Of a stretch of DNA of 64,000 bases, positions 27,893 to 40,149 are shown in pieces. The translations under genes and the position numbers were made by a program. The stretch is from contig OX597831.1 in the NCBI GenBank assembly GCA_951406725.2, positions 81,840,001 to 81,904,000 on the forward strand, given 5' to 3'. Within the stretch, counting starts at the first letter, position 1. The number at the start of each line of letters is the position of its first letter. The DNA comes from Octopus vulgaris. Its lineage: Eukaryota. The notes below the pieces were generated by a model. The model saw nothing but the letters and a program-made list of their open reading frames with translations, did no database searches and was not told the origin of the DNA.

Positions 27893-29826
27893 CATATACA
27901 GCAGGCTTCTTTCAGCTTCAGTCTACCAAATCCAATCACAAGCCTTTGGTTAGCTCAAGGCTGCAGTAGACGGCACTTGCCCAAATTGCCATGCAGTGAG
28001 ACTGAACCCAGAACCATGTGGTTACTAAGCCAGCTACTTACCACACAGCCACTCCTATATACATATACCCAGTGCATTGTTCCAATACGGACGGGATCAA
28101 CAATGAAAGTTCTCCCTCCAGGAAGAGATAAAATACCATTTAATATACACAAGATTTAAATGCAAACTATTTTTTATTTCATGCTTCTGTAAATATACAC
28201 CAAGCTATACAAGTTTGTCAGACCATTATATTATCAAAGGCATGAAACTAATAGCAGCTGGCATTTAAAACCTGCATATATTAAATGACAAATGTATGTG
28301 TGTGTGTGTGTGTAGTTGTATGTGAGACAAGATTATGGAATAAAGTTGGGCTAACACAATGTAGTTTGTGTAGGGAACTTACATAATGTAGTTAAAGTGG
28401 TGTAACGCAATGACTGTAGTAGGTGTGGGCTAATATACTCTTGGGAATGTGGGTTAACGTACTTAATGTACTTGGAGTAGGCTAATATTTTTAATACATT
28501 GCGAGTAATACACTTAATAGAGTGCATTAGGTTAACATAATACGGTTAAGTGTGGGCTAATATACTGCAGCAAGTGCAGGGCTAACATTCTAAATGAGGG
28601 GAAACAAACAGAATGCTTTATCTGTTACAATTAGACTTAATGAGGAAATGAAACTCGTCAGTGATAATTACTGTCAAAATCAGTAAGGGAGAGAACTCTG
28701 AAATTTAAATTGATTGAAAATTAAATGCTGATATGAAGTGGTGGGGATTGCGGGTAACAGAGAGAGGTAGTGTAGAGGGTGTGTAGCGTGGTGTGGGTAA
28801 GTAGTTCTTTCTGTATGTGTGTGCGTGTGTGTGTGTGTATGTGTGTGTGTGTGTGCAGAGAGAGAGAGAGAGAAGTGGAGTATTGGACCTTTTTACCAGA
28901 ACAATAACATTATATGCGAACTGTGTTTCTACATTCAGCATGAAATGTGGCAGTGTCTGTATGTATGTATGTGTGTGTATATTTGCACATTATGTCAAAG
29001 TGTGTGTATGTGTAAGAGGGAGAGAGAGAAGAGAGAGAGGGAGAGTGTATCTCCAATGTGTGTGTATGTGTGTGCGTGTGTGTATGTGTGTAACATCTCT
29101 ACACATCCCATACACCCCCTCCACCTTCACTCTGTGGATATTCCCTCAGTGATTACAAAACAAAAACAGGTATAAAAAGTAAAATTTGATTGTTTCTAAT
29201 AACTTTGACCTTTGTTCACAATAAAATCAAATATCACACACACACACTCTCTCTCTCTCTCCTTTTTTTCTCCCCTCTCTCTCTCTCTCGCACACATACA
29301 CTCTCTTTCTCTCTGCATTTCCCTTTCTTAAATGAACAATCTCTCTCTCTCTCTCTCTCTCTCTCACATAAATACAGAAACCTTAACATCAACCACAACA
29401 ATGACCCTGATAACAGTCAGAACCACAAACCATTTACCATCTATTAAGTGCTCTTCATGGAATGACACGATTGGAAAGGTTAGAACATTCCAGATGGTGT
29501 GGCAGGTGGCAAGGAGGTAACACACACACATACATAAATACGTGTGCATGCATACATGCACATACACCCACATTCACTCACAGACGCTACCCTATACAAA
29601 TCGCAACAACACATAGATGTGCACAGCACTACATACATAGACATACACACACACACACATGGGCACGTGTGTGTGTGTGTGAAGGTGAGTGGCCTAATGG
29701 TTAGGATCTGGCACTCACAATCACAAGATCATGAGTTCAATTTCCAAACCAGGTGGTGCATTGTGTTCTTGAGCAAAACACTTCATTTCACATTGCTCCA
29801 GTCCACTCGGCTATATATATATATAT

Positions 29827-29885
<59 letters not shown>

Positions 29886-30044
29886 CATACACATATATAT
29901 ACATACATACACATATATATACACACATATATATATATACACACACATATATATACACACATATATATATATACACACACACATATATATACACACACAC
30001 ATATATATACACACACACATATATATACACACACACATATATAT

Positions 30045-30080
<36 letters not shown>

Positions 30081-31222
30081 GCAGAAGGTTGATATGTATA
30101 AATAAGACAAGGTAGAAAATGCTAAAATAATTTTATCCTGAAGAACATTGTAGAACCGGTTTCAGTCTTTGCGACTTTCTCAACTTGAAAAACAATTAAA
30201 TATTTTGAAAAAACATTTCATTTAATTTTTTCACAATTTGTTTTCCATGCTTAACTCAAAGTTGAGAAAGTCGCAAAGACTGAAACCGGTTCTAAAATGT
30301 TCTTCAGGATAAAATTATTTTAGCATTTTCTAATGTGTCTTATTTCCGTTACACACACACACACACATCACATCAACACATATGAATGCCATGAACATCA
30401 CTACATACAGCATGCACAGATGGAATCACAGTAATTCCCAAACACACACAAATATGCCATTTACTCATGCACCCAGACACACTTTTTACAGGTCAAAACT
30501 TGATTCCAACCCAACTTGTCAACCATATTCTCACTGAATATAAATCAAAAGAGGGCCAAAGGTCATTCTCTAGCCATGGGCACACAAGGTCAGTTTCCTG
30601 GATTCTACAATGTGAATATTCCCCACCCACCTCCCTCCCAGGCAAGGTGTCGGTCAGTTGCAGGATTCCTCATTTTTGCTAGCTGGGTGTACTGGAGCAA
30701 TGTGAATTAAAGTGTTTTGCTCAAGAACACAGCACACCACCAGATCTGGGATTTGAAACCACAATCTTACTACCATATATCCAACACTCTAACCACTAAG
30801 CCATGACATTGATTAGCTAAAATGATGACATTAACCAAAACAAAATGGTCAGGGGATCAAATCTTGGCAGTATCATGGCCATGTTGTTATTTCTCTAGTC
30901 AAGACACTTCATTACGCAAATGATACAGTTAGTGGGAGCATTGTTATCCTTGAAGAGTGTTTTGTTAGGATGTAATGTTGACCAACACTGTTGTTGTGGC
31001 CTGCAAAGAATAGCAAGGAGAGAGTCTTTGGGTCTGCTTTGGGTGTTGGTCTGACACTGTTTCTGATTATAATTAAACTGTGACGATAAGGGCTGCACAT
31101 TACTCAATCTCACTCTAAACCAATCACACACACACACACACACACGAAAACACACACATATACATATAGATAGGTAGACAGACAGATAGACAGACAGGAA
31201 GGTAGGTAAGAAATAGACAGAC

Positions 31223-31261
<39 letters not shown>

Positions 31262-33827
31262 TAGATAGACAGACGGACGGACAGACAGACGGATAGGCAG
31301 GCAGGCAGACAGACAGACGGTCAGACAATACACGTATGTAAACATGTCACTATGATCTTTGTATTTTTGTGGGTTTTTTGTATCAGCCATTCCTGGGCTT
31401 ATCATCCACTTTTGTGCCATCTTAATGTCGCTTTTGTTGCAGCAACCGAGAAAACCATCTCTTGTATGACATCGTTGATGAGGACCAATATAATGAGACG
31501 TGACCACACCACTCTTTCCATGACTTTCACAATGACACACAGCCACATGCCACTTTCTCACCCAACACTTACCTATTCACACCTTATAACCATACCAGCA
31601 CAGTTCTGCAGATACACACACACACACACACACACACGTGGCAGTGTCTGTGTATAGATGTGTATATTGAATTAATTATCATCGCTTAAAAGTTTTTGTT
31701 CAGTCACGTAACTACATAATTGTGTGTGTGTGTGTTTAGAGAGATAAGGGACCAGAGAGATAAACACTAATGTCGTAAACAACTGTTTGGTCCCTTTGGG
31801 ACGAATAATCAATAATATAACACCAACTTTGTCCCTTTCTCTCTCTAATAGACACTAGGTTTTTCCCCCTTTATTCTTTTAGGCCATGGCCAAACTGGAG
31901 CACTACTTTCTAAAGAATGATTCACCCCATTATTTATTTTAATGACTATTAATCTATCAATCTGAGAAGTGAAGAAGAAACAGCAAAACTGCAGGCTTAA
32001 AGCCAAATCCTACAAAGTGTTTTGTCCCAAAGTCTATCACTCCTGTCTTACACTCACACATACCATATCCCCCATAAATGTTTATATAATTAGACATTAT
32101 GTTCCATAATCAAAGCGCCGTCGTACACTAATTAATTTAATGACCTAAATATTTAGAATTAAAGGCAGAGATTCCAATACAATGGAACTCAGCTCCCCCA
32201 CAGCATCACCCTTTTCATTTATGTCACCTGATGTTGTTCATTACAGCATGAACATCACACATTCTCATCTTCTCACTTATAAATCACAGAACCTGCTTTT
32301 ATTTGAGAAATATATATCAATGGTATACAATCGTTGTTTACGGCCGGTGCCATCTTCCTCCATCTCTTCTTTATTCCCAAAGAAGGTGAGACAAGGATTT
32401 ATCTGGCAAACTGGACAGATGCCTTTAAAGCAAGGGAGGTACCTGTGACATTTTGCCAGGTGGCTCCCTAAAAAAGGATCTCACAAATACTTTGTTATAT
32501 TTAAAGAAGAGAATAGTCTTGGTTCACCTGGGTAAATTTCTTTCAGAGACCCTACCTCTAGACCCATCTTTAAGCCAGCACAACACTCTCCAGCCATTTC
32601 TCAATGGTCACCTTACCATTGACCAAACCCTCCATTACTTTAAATCAGTGGTTTTCAACCAAGGCCGTATAAGATTCTGTCATTAAAATTTATCTGCAAT
32701 AAATTGGTTATGATTCTACAGAACACAAAATATTTTAACAATTTTTTTAATACAATTCCTAATGATATTTATTATTTGATGCAGCACGAAGTTTTGTCAG
32801 TGAACAGGTTGCGGTCTCAAAGCGACGAAAATACTTTGACAAATTAAATTTAAATGTTGAAGTGAATCTAACGGTTTTTGTGAGTTTCTTAAATGGCTTA
32901 CAAACACCTTCCACGCTGTAATAATATTTAATTATATAAATATAATAGGACTTTTTAAACATCGAATAATTATGAGGGTTTGCACAACGATCAAAGGGGT
33001 CCTTAAGCAAAGAAATGGTTGAGAACCACTCAGTGGCATTTCTACCAGACCTAAACTGAGTGTCTTCGATGGCCAGTGAGTTCACCCTTGGCCCCTGACA
33101 CAGTTAAGCAAATAACTATAATCATACCCTTTCATATAACCCTCCACATAATCACTCCATCCCAAACCACCCTAGATGGTAAACCCACAACTGTGCAGGC
33201 TACAGAAGTTACAATACCCGTCAGGAGTCAATACAACTCAAAAGACCTCTTCTGCCTCCTCCTCCTCCACATACACAGCATCAGTAGCAGGGTGAATAGG
33301 ATATCATCATCAATTTTGTCCATCCCTTGTGTCCCGTACAAGTACCAGTAATATACCGAATCACTGATCTCCAAGGATCGTAAAATAATACCTCGTTATA
33401 CAAAACAAATCAAGACACTAATGTCCAAGTAGAAAACAGCATGAACATCACAACATCCTGTTGCTCTCTCTTCCACACTACAAGACCTATGAACAATAAC
33501 ACGCTCTGCCTCACTACTATGCTGAATAGGCGAAAATGGTGCGAGTGAACGGGCCTGTAATTGGAAAAATGGTAAGGGAAAAAGGCACCTGGCCCCAAAG
33601 TCAGGGTACCCATGGTTTTTTTTTTTATGAGGTTTTTCTATGAGCAACCCGCGAATGTCACCTCTCTATTGAGGGATTACACATCGTTAATTTCTTTCCT
33701 TCTTCCCTTTTTTAAAAAAAATTTTGTTTATCTTGTTTACACGAAAAACCCCCAAAACAATACACACATTCTTTGTTTTGTCTTGGTCCATGTTTTTCTT
33801 AATGTAAATCCTTGAGGTTAATAATAA

Positions 33828-33864
<37 letters not shown>

Positions 33865-34347
33865 GGCGGAGTTAAAGAATTCGCGCAGCACGCGCTTTCG
33901 GCGTAACCCTAACCCTAACCACCGACAACGGGTGGCGTGCACACCTTCGCCATTATAATTAAGGCGGCGAGCTGGCAGAATCGTTAGCAGGCCAGGCAAA
34001 ATGCTGAGCGGCATTTTGTCCGTCTTTACGTTCCGAGTTCAAATTCCGCTCAGGTTGACCCTGCCTTTCGGGATCGATAAAATGAATAGCAGTCGAGTAA
34101 CAGGGTTGATGGGACCAACTTGTCCCATCCCCCGAGACTGCTGGCCTTGTGCCAAAACTTGAAAACAACATGCAAAGATACAACTTCCGACACCATCGCT
34201 AATTAAAGTGTGACGCACTACCCTCCTGTTAAATAAGCTTAAGATCTGTTGGGATAAATACAATAAACCATTTGTACTTACCTGGTTGAAGCGGGAGGAG
34301 TCGAGTTGAAAAGGAGGGTAGCCATCGTGAGTGTCACCAACAGACAT
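1486..34347 (-). CDS. SFXN5: Sideroflexin-5-like mitochondrial inner-membrane transporter, complete spliced gene (11 coding exons, 987 nt, 328 aa)
   Basis: Exons joined by hand: 34347-34282, 25955-25782, 24612-24558, 20446-20421, 19318-19208, 17889-17824, 17235-17145, 16072-15957, 11345-11260, 3299-3182, 1563-1486. All introns are GT-AG and the phases match. Hallmark motifs: [62 protein letters not shown]-terminal [14 protein letters not shown] and NQSHNA point to the SFXN5 subfamily. Confidence 0.95.
3182..3299 (-). CDS. SFXN5: SFXN5 exon 10 ([14 protein letters not shown]...[17 protein letters not shown])
   Basis: Acceptor attgcag, 118 nt, donor gtaaat. Confidence 0.93.
5341..5745. repeat. 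Compound (TA)n/(CA)n microsatellite
   Basis: Direct inspection; a similar long tract lies at 29812-30080 and many shorter (TA), (GA), (GT), (TATG), (ATT), (CAT) tracts occur throughout. Confidence 0.95.
6628..7085 (-). mobile_element. 5'-truncated Dong/R4-clade LINE fragment (restriction-like endonuclease C-terminus plus 3' UTR)
   Basis: PDIIIK...IDVSV...[22 protein letters not shown], then after a frameshift [20 protein letters not shown]; flanked by (ATT)n on both sides. Confidence 0.75.
7107..7662. mobile_element. About 555-bp non-coding interspersed repeat bounded by (ATT)n; other copies at 50888-51465 and (partial) 54240-54393
   Basis: Three clearly homologous copies in the window (CATGCCATCAAAGTGACACT...ACTGCATCAGGGCA); class unresolved. 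Confidence 0.8.
9610..9975 (+). mobile_element. Non-autonomous DNA element of Helentron-associated/Crypton-like layout
   Basis: Subterminal inverted repeat CCTCTGCC...GGCAGAGG, GTTT microsatellite near the 5' end, terminal hairpin-like GCTCTCTGAGTGC. Confidence 0.45.
11260..11345 (-). CDS. SFXN5: SFXN5 exon 9 ([29 protein letters not shown])
   Basis: Acceptor cttgcag, 86 nt, donor gtgagt, phase 2. Confidence 0.93.
11700..12110 (+). mobile_element. Bipartite tRNA/CORE-like SINE with an internal (TA)n/(TG)n tract. Others near 11440-11640 plus 12115-12270, 15465-15780, 20725-20890, 22735-23120, 27620-28055, 35775-36100, 55830-56225.
   Basis: Head TGGCTGTGTGGTAAG...GGGTTCAGTCCC; family CCTTGGGCAAGT core; tail GGTGCTCCAGCATGGCCGCAGTCAAATGACTGAAAC. 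Confidence 0.8.
15957..16072 (-). CDS. SFXN5: SFXN5 exon 8 ([22 protein letters not shown]...SSVVAAKV)
   Basis: Acceptor ttgatag, 116 nt, donor gtgaga. Confidence 0.92.
17145..17235 (-). CDS. SFXN5: SFXN5 exon 7 ([30 protein letters not shown])
   Basis: Acceptor atcccag, 91 nt, donor gtgagt, phase 1. Confidence 0.93.
17824..17889 (-). CDS. SFXN5: SFXN5 exon 6 ([22 protein letters not shown])
   Basis: Acceptor ttccgcag, 66 nt, donor gtaagt. Confidence 0.92.
19208..19318 (-). CDS. SFXN5: SFXN5 exon 5 (VIGMLLPNP...[21 protein letters not shown])
   Basis: Acceptor cctgcag, 111 nt, donor gtaagc. Confidence 0.94.
19620..19873 (+). mobile_element. Short 3' fragment of a CR1/L2-type LINE with an (ATT)n tail
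   Basis: [17 protein letters not shown] resembles the terminal WN.LP..VV.....FK motif; followed by a UTR and (ATT)n. Confidence 0.5.
20421..20446 (-). CDS. SFXN5: SFXN5 exon 4, 26-nt microexon (G-FVPFGSPF)
   Basis: Acceptor ctctttcag, donor gtaagt; supplies the conserved PFG.P segment and restores phase 0. Confidence 0.88.
21077..22697 (-). mobile_element. 5'-truncated CR1/L2-group LINE with a near-intact reverse transcriptase, in SFXN5 intron 3
   Basis: 449-aa ORF 22497-21148 with [37 protein letters not shown]. Upstream GFPAILLK...[20 protein letters not shown] is broken by a frameshift near 22560. Short 3' UTR and A11 tail. Confidence 0.92.
24558..24612 (-). CDS. SFXN5: SFXN5 exon 3 ([19 protein letters not shown])
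   Basis: Acceptor tatttcag after a (CT)n tract, 55 nt, donor gtagaa, phase 1. Confidence 0.93.
24946..25059. repeat. Perfect 43-bp inverted repeat with a 28-nt spacer
   Basis: 24946-24988 is the exact reverse complement of 25017-25059. Confidence 0.92.
25782..25955 (-). CDS. SFXN5: SFXN5 exon 2 ([19 protein letters not shown]...LWEAQKVKQ)
   Basis: Acceptor ttttgctag, 174 nt, donor gtaagg. Confidence 0.93.
26280..26730 (-). mobile_element. (GAT)n-tailed SINE-like element with 62-63-bp internal tandem units. Others near 2535-2990, 20130-20285, 23755-24010, 37010-37490, 41740-42078, 52845-53205, 56337-56525, 58050-58170.
   Basis: Shared GGTTGGCGTTAGGAAGGGCATCCAGCTG core and AACCCATGCTAGCATGGAAAGCGGACGTTAAA(TGA)n tail; units start at 26448, 26511, 26573 and 26636. 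Confidence 0.82.
26764..26997. mobile_element. Tc1/mariner-type MITE
   Basis: Imperfect terminal inverted repeats CAGGGTGGCCCAAAAGTAGGTTTACAGT / ACTGTAACCATACTTTTGGTCCGCCATG; TA at the right flank. Confidence 0.65.
30113..30332. repeat. 74-bp inverted repeat (1 mismatch)
   Basis: 30113-30186 versus 30259-30332. Confidence 0.92.
32646..33031. mobile_element. hAT (Charlie-type) MITE
   Basis: Terminal inverted repeats CAGTGGTTTTCAACC / GGTTGAGAACCACT. Confidence 0.6.
34282..34347 (-). CDS. SFXN5: SFXN5 coding exon 1 ([22 protein letters not shown])
   Basis: ATG at 34347, 66 nt, donor CAG|gtaagt, phase 0. Confidence 0.9.
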
Positions 34348-34409
34348 TATCGCTGGACTGTCAACATATATACGCGAGGGGGGTGTGTGTGTGTAATGCA
34401 ATTGACATC

Positions 34410-34425
34410 ACACCAGAGGGCAGTG
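34410..34425 (+). promoter_or_regulatory. CTCF-like motif just upstream of the SFXN5 start codon
   Basis: ACACCAGAGGGCAGTG fits the CCASYAGRKGGCRS core at 13 of 14 positions, in a CpG-retaining region about 60 nt from the ATG. Confidence 0.4.
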
Positions 34426-35612
34426 TCAGTAATTTAGTGTCGTCGAGAGTTGCTTCCCCTTAAACACTCCTATAAAATTCCTAAATAGCAGGTCAGATGC
34501 GAGGCGGCAAACTGCCGGAATCGTCAGCGCTCCGAACAAAATGTTCTGCGGTATTTCGTCCGAACTACTGTTTTCTGAGTTGATTGTACCATCTCATCAG
34601 GCCCACCCAACCATCTTCGATTATATTTGTGATGTGGTTAAAGCGGTGAGATGGCAGAAACGTTAGCACACCGGGCGAAATGCTTAGCGGTATTTCGTCT
34701 GCCGTTACCGCCGAGGTCGACTTTGCCATTCATCCTTTCGGGGTCGATCAAATAAGTACCAGTTACGCACTGGGATCGATATAATCGACTTAATCCCTTT
34801 GTCTGTCCCCTCTGTATTTAGCCCCTTGTGGGTAGTAAAGAAATGGGTATTTCGTCCGGCTTTACGTTCTGAGTTCAAATTCCGTCGATATCCACTTTGC
34901 CTATCGGGCTATGATAAAATCACTACCTATTGAGCCCTGAAATCGATATGATCGTCTGCCCCCACCCCTCCGAAACTTGATGGCTTTCAACCAAAATTTG
35001 AAACCTTTATCAGGTCAGCTCTAATCGAAAAGGCCTGTGATCATAGGCGCTCTGTCCATGACTATCCTAACTTACTTTTGTTCAGAGACAATGTCTTGGA
35101 CTACACTGTGGTCGTTGGTAACGACCAATAAATTATACCAGGTTTAGTAGACTTACCATACGCGACCATCACTTCATTATTTTCTTCAGATACATCGTCT
35201 CGGTTTACATTGTTTTCATTTTTTGGTGGTTGTTTAAGCAGAAGTCTACATTGGCTCACAGCAAAGGCGTTCCAATCCTGACCACCCTATATTTTTACTG
35301 ATATTAATCCATGTAGAACGACCTTATCCAATTTTCAATTCCTTCCCAATACATTTTGACACGGCATAGGTGCTATTTGAGGTCGATCTGTCTGCTATTT
35401 CTCAGAGTGACGATGAGTAGGTTCCCTTGGTATATGTTGCTATCAATGTAGAACATTTATTGTATTAAATTTAGCCCCCACCCCGCCCTCACCCTCTACT
35501 TACCTTCTGATACACCTTCATCGCACAGCACTCACCTTCATCTTTTGTCTTTCCTACAACAATTATTTAAAACCACCAATGATTTATGGTGCAATTTTAG
35601 TAAGCACATACC

Positions 35613-35684
<72 letters not shown>

Positions 35685-37494
35685 TCCTATAAACTTTTAT
35701 AATATCCATTATTTTCTTCTTACTGTGCCTCACCTGTTGCTGCATAATATTACATGATACAACATAATATAATCAGTGCCACTGTGTGGCACCTTGGGCA
35801 AGTGTCTTCTACTATAAGCCTCAGGCTGATCAAAGCTTTGTGAGTGGATTTAGTAGATGGAAACTGAAAGAAGCCCATCGTATATATATGTTTGTGTGTG
35901 TGTGTTTGCCACCACCACCCCCAACATCGCTTGACAACTGATGTTGGTGCATTTATGTCCCCATAACTTAGCGTTTCAGCAAAAGAGATTGATAGAAATA
36001 AGTACTAGGCTTACAAAGAATAACTCCTGGGGTCGATTTGCTCGACTAAAGGTGGTACTCCAGCATGGCCACAGTCAAATGACTGAAACAGGTGAAAGGA
36101 TGACATAATCACTCAGCCACAGCAGTGGGTGAATATATTCTTGATTTCACTCGTGAACACATCTCAGCTTCATCACTGATTCAGTTCTCAACCAAACTGA
36201 ATGAGGTTTTCGCAGCAATGATGGTCCGGTCAAAAGCCACATTTTGAGATAAAATAATTGAAATTTGCTTCATTAAAAATAAAGTTAGGTTAAAATATGT
36301 GAGGTAAAAAATGGGAGAGTAAAGCAAAAAAAAAATTGACTTTGAATTAAAATAACTCGGTTGTTTTAAAAGAAATATAGGAATTAATTGGGTTTTAAAA
36401 AAATCTGCTCATAATGAAGAATCTTTTGGTGAATCCCTCATTAAAAAGTATTCGTTATGAAAAATGTAGTTTGACTTTTAGCGATGAAAAAAATGATAAG
36501 TAACTCCAAAAATTCACTGTGCATCAAAATATCTCATCTTTTGTTAAAGAAAACTATATAATGGCTGTTTTCAAATGAAAGAGCTCTACGAGAGGAATGT
36601 TATGGTGGAAACCTTGTTGAAAAATATTAGCTACAAAAAAGTAATGTGGCTTTAAGTAATGAAAAAAAAGGTGATAATTTTAAGAAATCAAAATATCTTT
36701 GTCTTTTTAAGAGAAAAATAATATTATTTGAAATCAAATGAAAGAGTTTATTGAGACAAATATTTTGAAGAAAATCCCATCTAAAAATATTACGCATAAA
36801 AGAAGCTTTGATATTTTGCAATTTCACATTTATTTTTATTTCATTTCTATATTAAAATATGTACATATTAAAAACATATTGAAATTTAAAATATTAAGAT
36901 ATGCTTCTATTAATCCTTTAATAATTGCAATAGCATCATTTTTTTTTTCAGTTATAAGATCACCTTCTACAATGCCCCCTTATTTTTGTTATGCAAGTTA
37001 TTTGGTGACCCTGTCGGTGCAGGTACCACTTAAAAAGCATCCAGTCCACACTGTAAAGTGGCTGGCATTTGGAAAGGCACCCTGCTGTAAAAACTTTGCC
37101 AAAAACTGACCTCACCTGTGCTGGTGCCATGTAAAAAGCACTCAGTCCACTCTGCTGGCTGGTTGGTGTTAGAAAGGGCATTCAACTGTAAAACAGCCAC
37201 AGAAGCAAAGTGCAGGCATCTGCCTGACCAGCTCCTATCAAACTGTCCAACCCATGCCAGCATAGAAGGCAGATGTCAAACAATGATGATGATATATATC
37301 ATCATCGTCGTCGTCGTTTAACATCCATTTTCCATGCTGGCATGGGTTGGACGGTTCAACAAGGGTCTGGGAAGCCAGGTGGCAGCACTGGGCTCCAGTC
37401 TGATCTGGCAGTGTTTTTCTACAGCTGGATGCCCTTCCTAATACCAACCATTCCGAGAGTGTAGTGGGTGCTTTTTTTACATGCCACCTACACA

Positions 37495-37554
<60 letters not shown>

Positions 37555-37627
37555 GCATATATATCATTTGTAGAAATATATAAATCCAGAGGAGAAGCAC
37601 ACTCTAAGATGTAGAGCAGTCAATATT

Positions 37628-37987
37628 ATAGTGGGGTAGGCCGGTTTATGTGTTACCCTGGATTTCTTGCTCATAAGGAGTTTAGCCTTCCATAACTTTA
37701 ACTGGCTTTATCGACCCAAATCTAAACAAAGCAAATTGTGTGTGGATGGTGCACGTATGGCCAAGTGGTTAATCTCTGAGCTCCATGTTCAACCCTGCTG
37801 TTTTCGTCAAATGTCTTTTACCCTTAGGTCGCATGATTAATGTCCCAGCATATCTTGGGACTCCAAACACTGCTGGCCTGAGACGTCTCAGGCCAGCAGT
37901 ATTTGGGACCTGAATATATGCCATAAGGCTAAACCCCTTATGAGCGAGAAATCAAGGGTAACCCTATAAACCGGCCTACACCACTAT
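37628..37987. repeat. About 62-bp imperfect inverted repeats enclosing a local duplication and a perfect 32-bp palindrome
   Basis: Arms 37628-37689 and 37925-37987; palindrome 37869-37900. Confidence 0.88.
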
Positions 37988-38029
37988 GGTATATATGCAT
38001 ATATATATATATATATTAATTAGTAATTA

Positions 38030-38080
<51 letters not shown>

Positions 38081-38289
38081 TATAGGCTCCAGTGAACCTA
38101 CAGGATGTTATCCAGGCATGCAACTAAGAGTCCGCTACATCTTATAGGGGAAACAGCTGTAAGCTAATGGAATTTATAACCTAACCATTGTTTTTCCTGT
38201 GTCATCTGCTTTTCGTATTGCTTTTCGTATATACTAATCTAACACTTTAATACATATATAAAGCTCTACACCAGGTTGTTGCTTAAGAC

Positions 38290-38353
38290 AGATAGATGGA
38301 TAGATAGATGGATAGATAGACAGGTAGATAGATAGATAGATAGATAGATAGAC

Positions 38354-38432
<79 letters not shown>

Positions 38433-38488
38433 CAGGTAGGTAGATAGATAGATAGATAGATAGATGGATAGATAGACAGGTAGGTAGG

Positions 38489-38552
<64 letters not shown>

Positions 38553-38584
38553 GATGGATAGATAGATAGATGGATAGATAGATG

Positions 38585-38622
<38 letters not shown>
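38290..38622. repeat. (GATA)n microsatellite
   Basis: Direct inspection. Confidence 0.95.
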
Positions 38623-38623
<1 letters not shown>

Positions 38624-38802
38624 CCTGTAATATGTGTCATGCCTCCCAAATCAGTGAATTCAATTGACCTAATTTATCGACATAACCTGTGTATGAATTT
38701 CTATAGCCTTTCTGCAACATTAAACACGCAAACATACATATACACACAAACACATACATATGTATGTATGTATGCCTGTAATCATATGAGTGTGTGAGCA
38801 TG

Positions 38803-38837
<35 letters not shown>

Positions 38838-38991
38838 GTCTGTTGCTTTTTAAGCAGTCATAACTTTAACTGGCTTTATCGACCCAAATCTAAACAAAGT
38901 GAATAATTATGTGTGGGTCAGGGGGGCCTGCTTGTGTGTGTGTGTGTGTGTGTGGATGGTACACGTTTGGCCAAGTGGTTAATCTCCGAGT

Positions 38992-39225
38992 TAAGGCGGC
39001 GAGCTGGCAGAGACGTTAGCACGCCGGGCGAAATGCGTAGCTGTATTTCGTCTTTCGTTACGTTCCGAGTTCAAATTCCGCCGAGGTCGACTTTGCCTTT
39101 CATCCTTTCGGGGTCGATAAATTAAGTACCAGATACGCACTGGGATCGATGTAATCGACTTAATCCATTTGTCTGTCCTTGTTTGTCCCCTCTGTGTTTA
39201 GCCCCTTGTGGGTAGTAAAGAAATA
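38992..39225 (+). mobile_element. tRNA-headed SINE with a Meta-like core, well-preserved copy. Others near 6391-6600, 10270-10470, 12825-12990, 13238-13480, 24030-24450, 33960-34165, 34640-34845, 51802-52020, 54428-54650, 55227-55410.
   Basis: A-box TGGCAGAGACGTT and B-box GAGTTCAAATTCC; core GCCTTTCATCCTTTCGGGGTCGATAAATTAAGTACCAG; approximate 13-nt target duplication TTAATCTCYGWG. Confidence 0.8.
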
Positions 39226-39576
39226 GTTTAATCTCTGTGTTCTATGTTCAACCCTGCTATTTTCGTCAAATGTCTTTTACCCTTAAGCTGCATGATAAAT
39301 GCCCACCCCCCCAAAAAAAATAGCATAAAAGTCTCTACACTTGAGGAATACATTAAGAAATACACAAGTTTTGGGGAAACTCAGTACTCTAAACATTCAT
39401 TCATAAATAATTAACTGACTTTTTGTCATTGAGATCAACGGAGAATTTCTTAGTTACTCACACACACACACACACACACAAGCATGCATGTGCTTATATA
39501 TATGCATACATACACACATATACGTAAATGCACATACACACTCAAGTATATATATGTATGTATATATTCATACATG

Positions 39577-39885
39577 TGGAGGCGCATTGGCCCAGTGGTT
39601 AGGGCAGCAGACTCGCGGTCAAAGGATTGCAGTTTCACTTCCCAGACTGGGCGTTCTGAGTGTTTATTGAGCGAAAACGCTTAAAAAGCTCCACGAGGCT
39701 CTGGCAGGGGGGGGGGTGATCCCTGCTGTACTCTTTCACCTCAACTTTCTCTCACTCTTTCTTCTGTTGGCCTGCTCGCTTAGCCAGCGGGGTGGCGTCA
39801 TTTGGAGGCTAAAACAATGCAAAGCGCATTGTGACCAGTGATGTGTAGCAACATCTGATAGCCTGGTCGGTCACGGTGATCACGT
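39577..39885 (+). mobile_element. tRNA-derived SINE, third family; inverted copy at 27010-27305 and a related copy at 16245-16520
   Basis: GGAGGCGCATTGGCCCAGTGGTTAGGGCAGC head with a B-box-like segment; shared body and tail between copies. Confidence 0.75.
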
Positions 39886-40149
39886 GATATTCATACATAC
39901 GTACATATGTATGAGAATGTATACATAAAACAAAACATACAAACAAAAATACCCTGTTGTTGATGTTGACATTACAATGAAGGAGCCTTGGATCTGGGAG
40001 AAACCAGCTCTTTTCTCTATTGGCAAGAAATCTTGAAATAAAACTGAACAATGACATACATACATACATCTATATGAGTATGTGTTATGTGTTATGTGTG
40101 TGTGTGGTTGGGTGCACTGAGATATGAGAGGCACAATGGGGACGTATCG

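Noticed and set aside
39577-39655. tRNA gene
   Set aside because: The A/B-box head runs into a SINE body that is repeated elsewhere; no clean cloverleaf.
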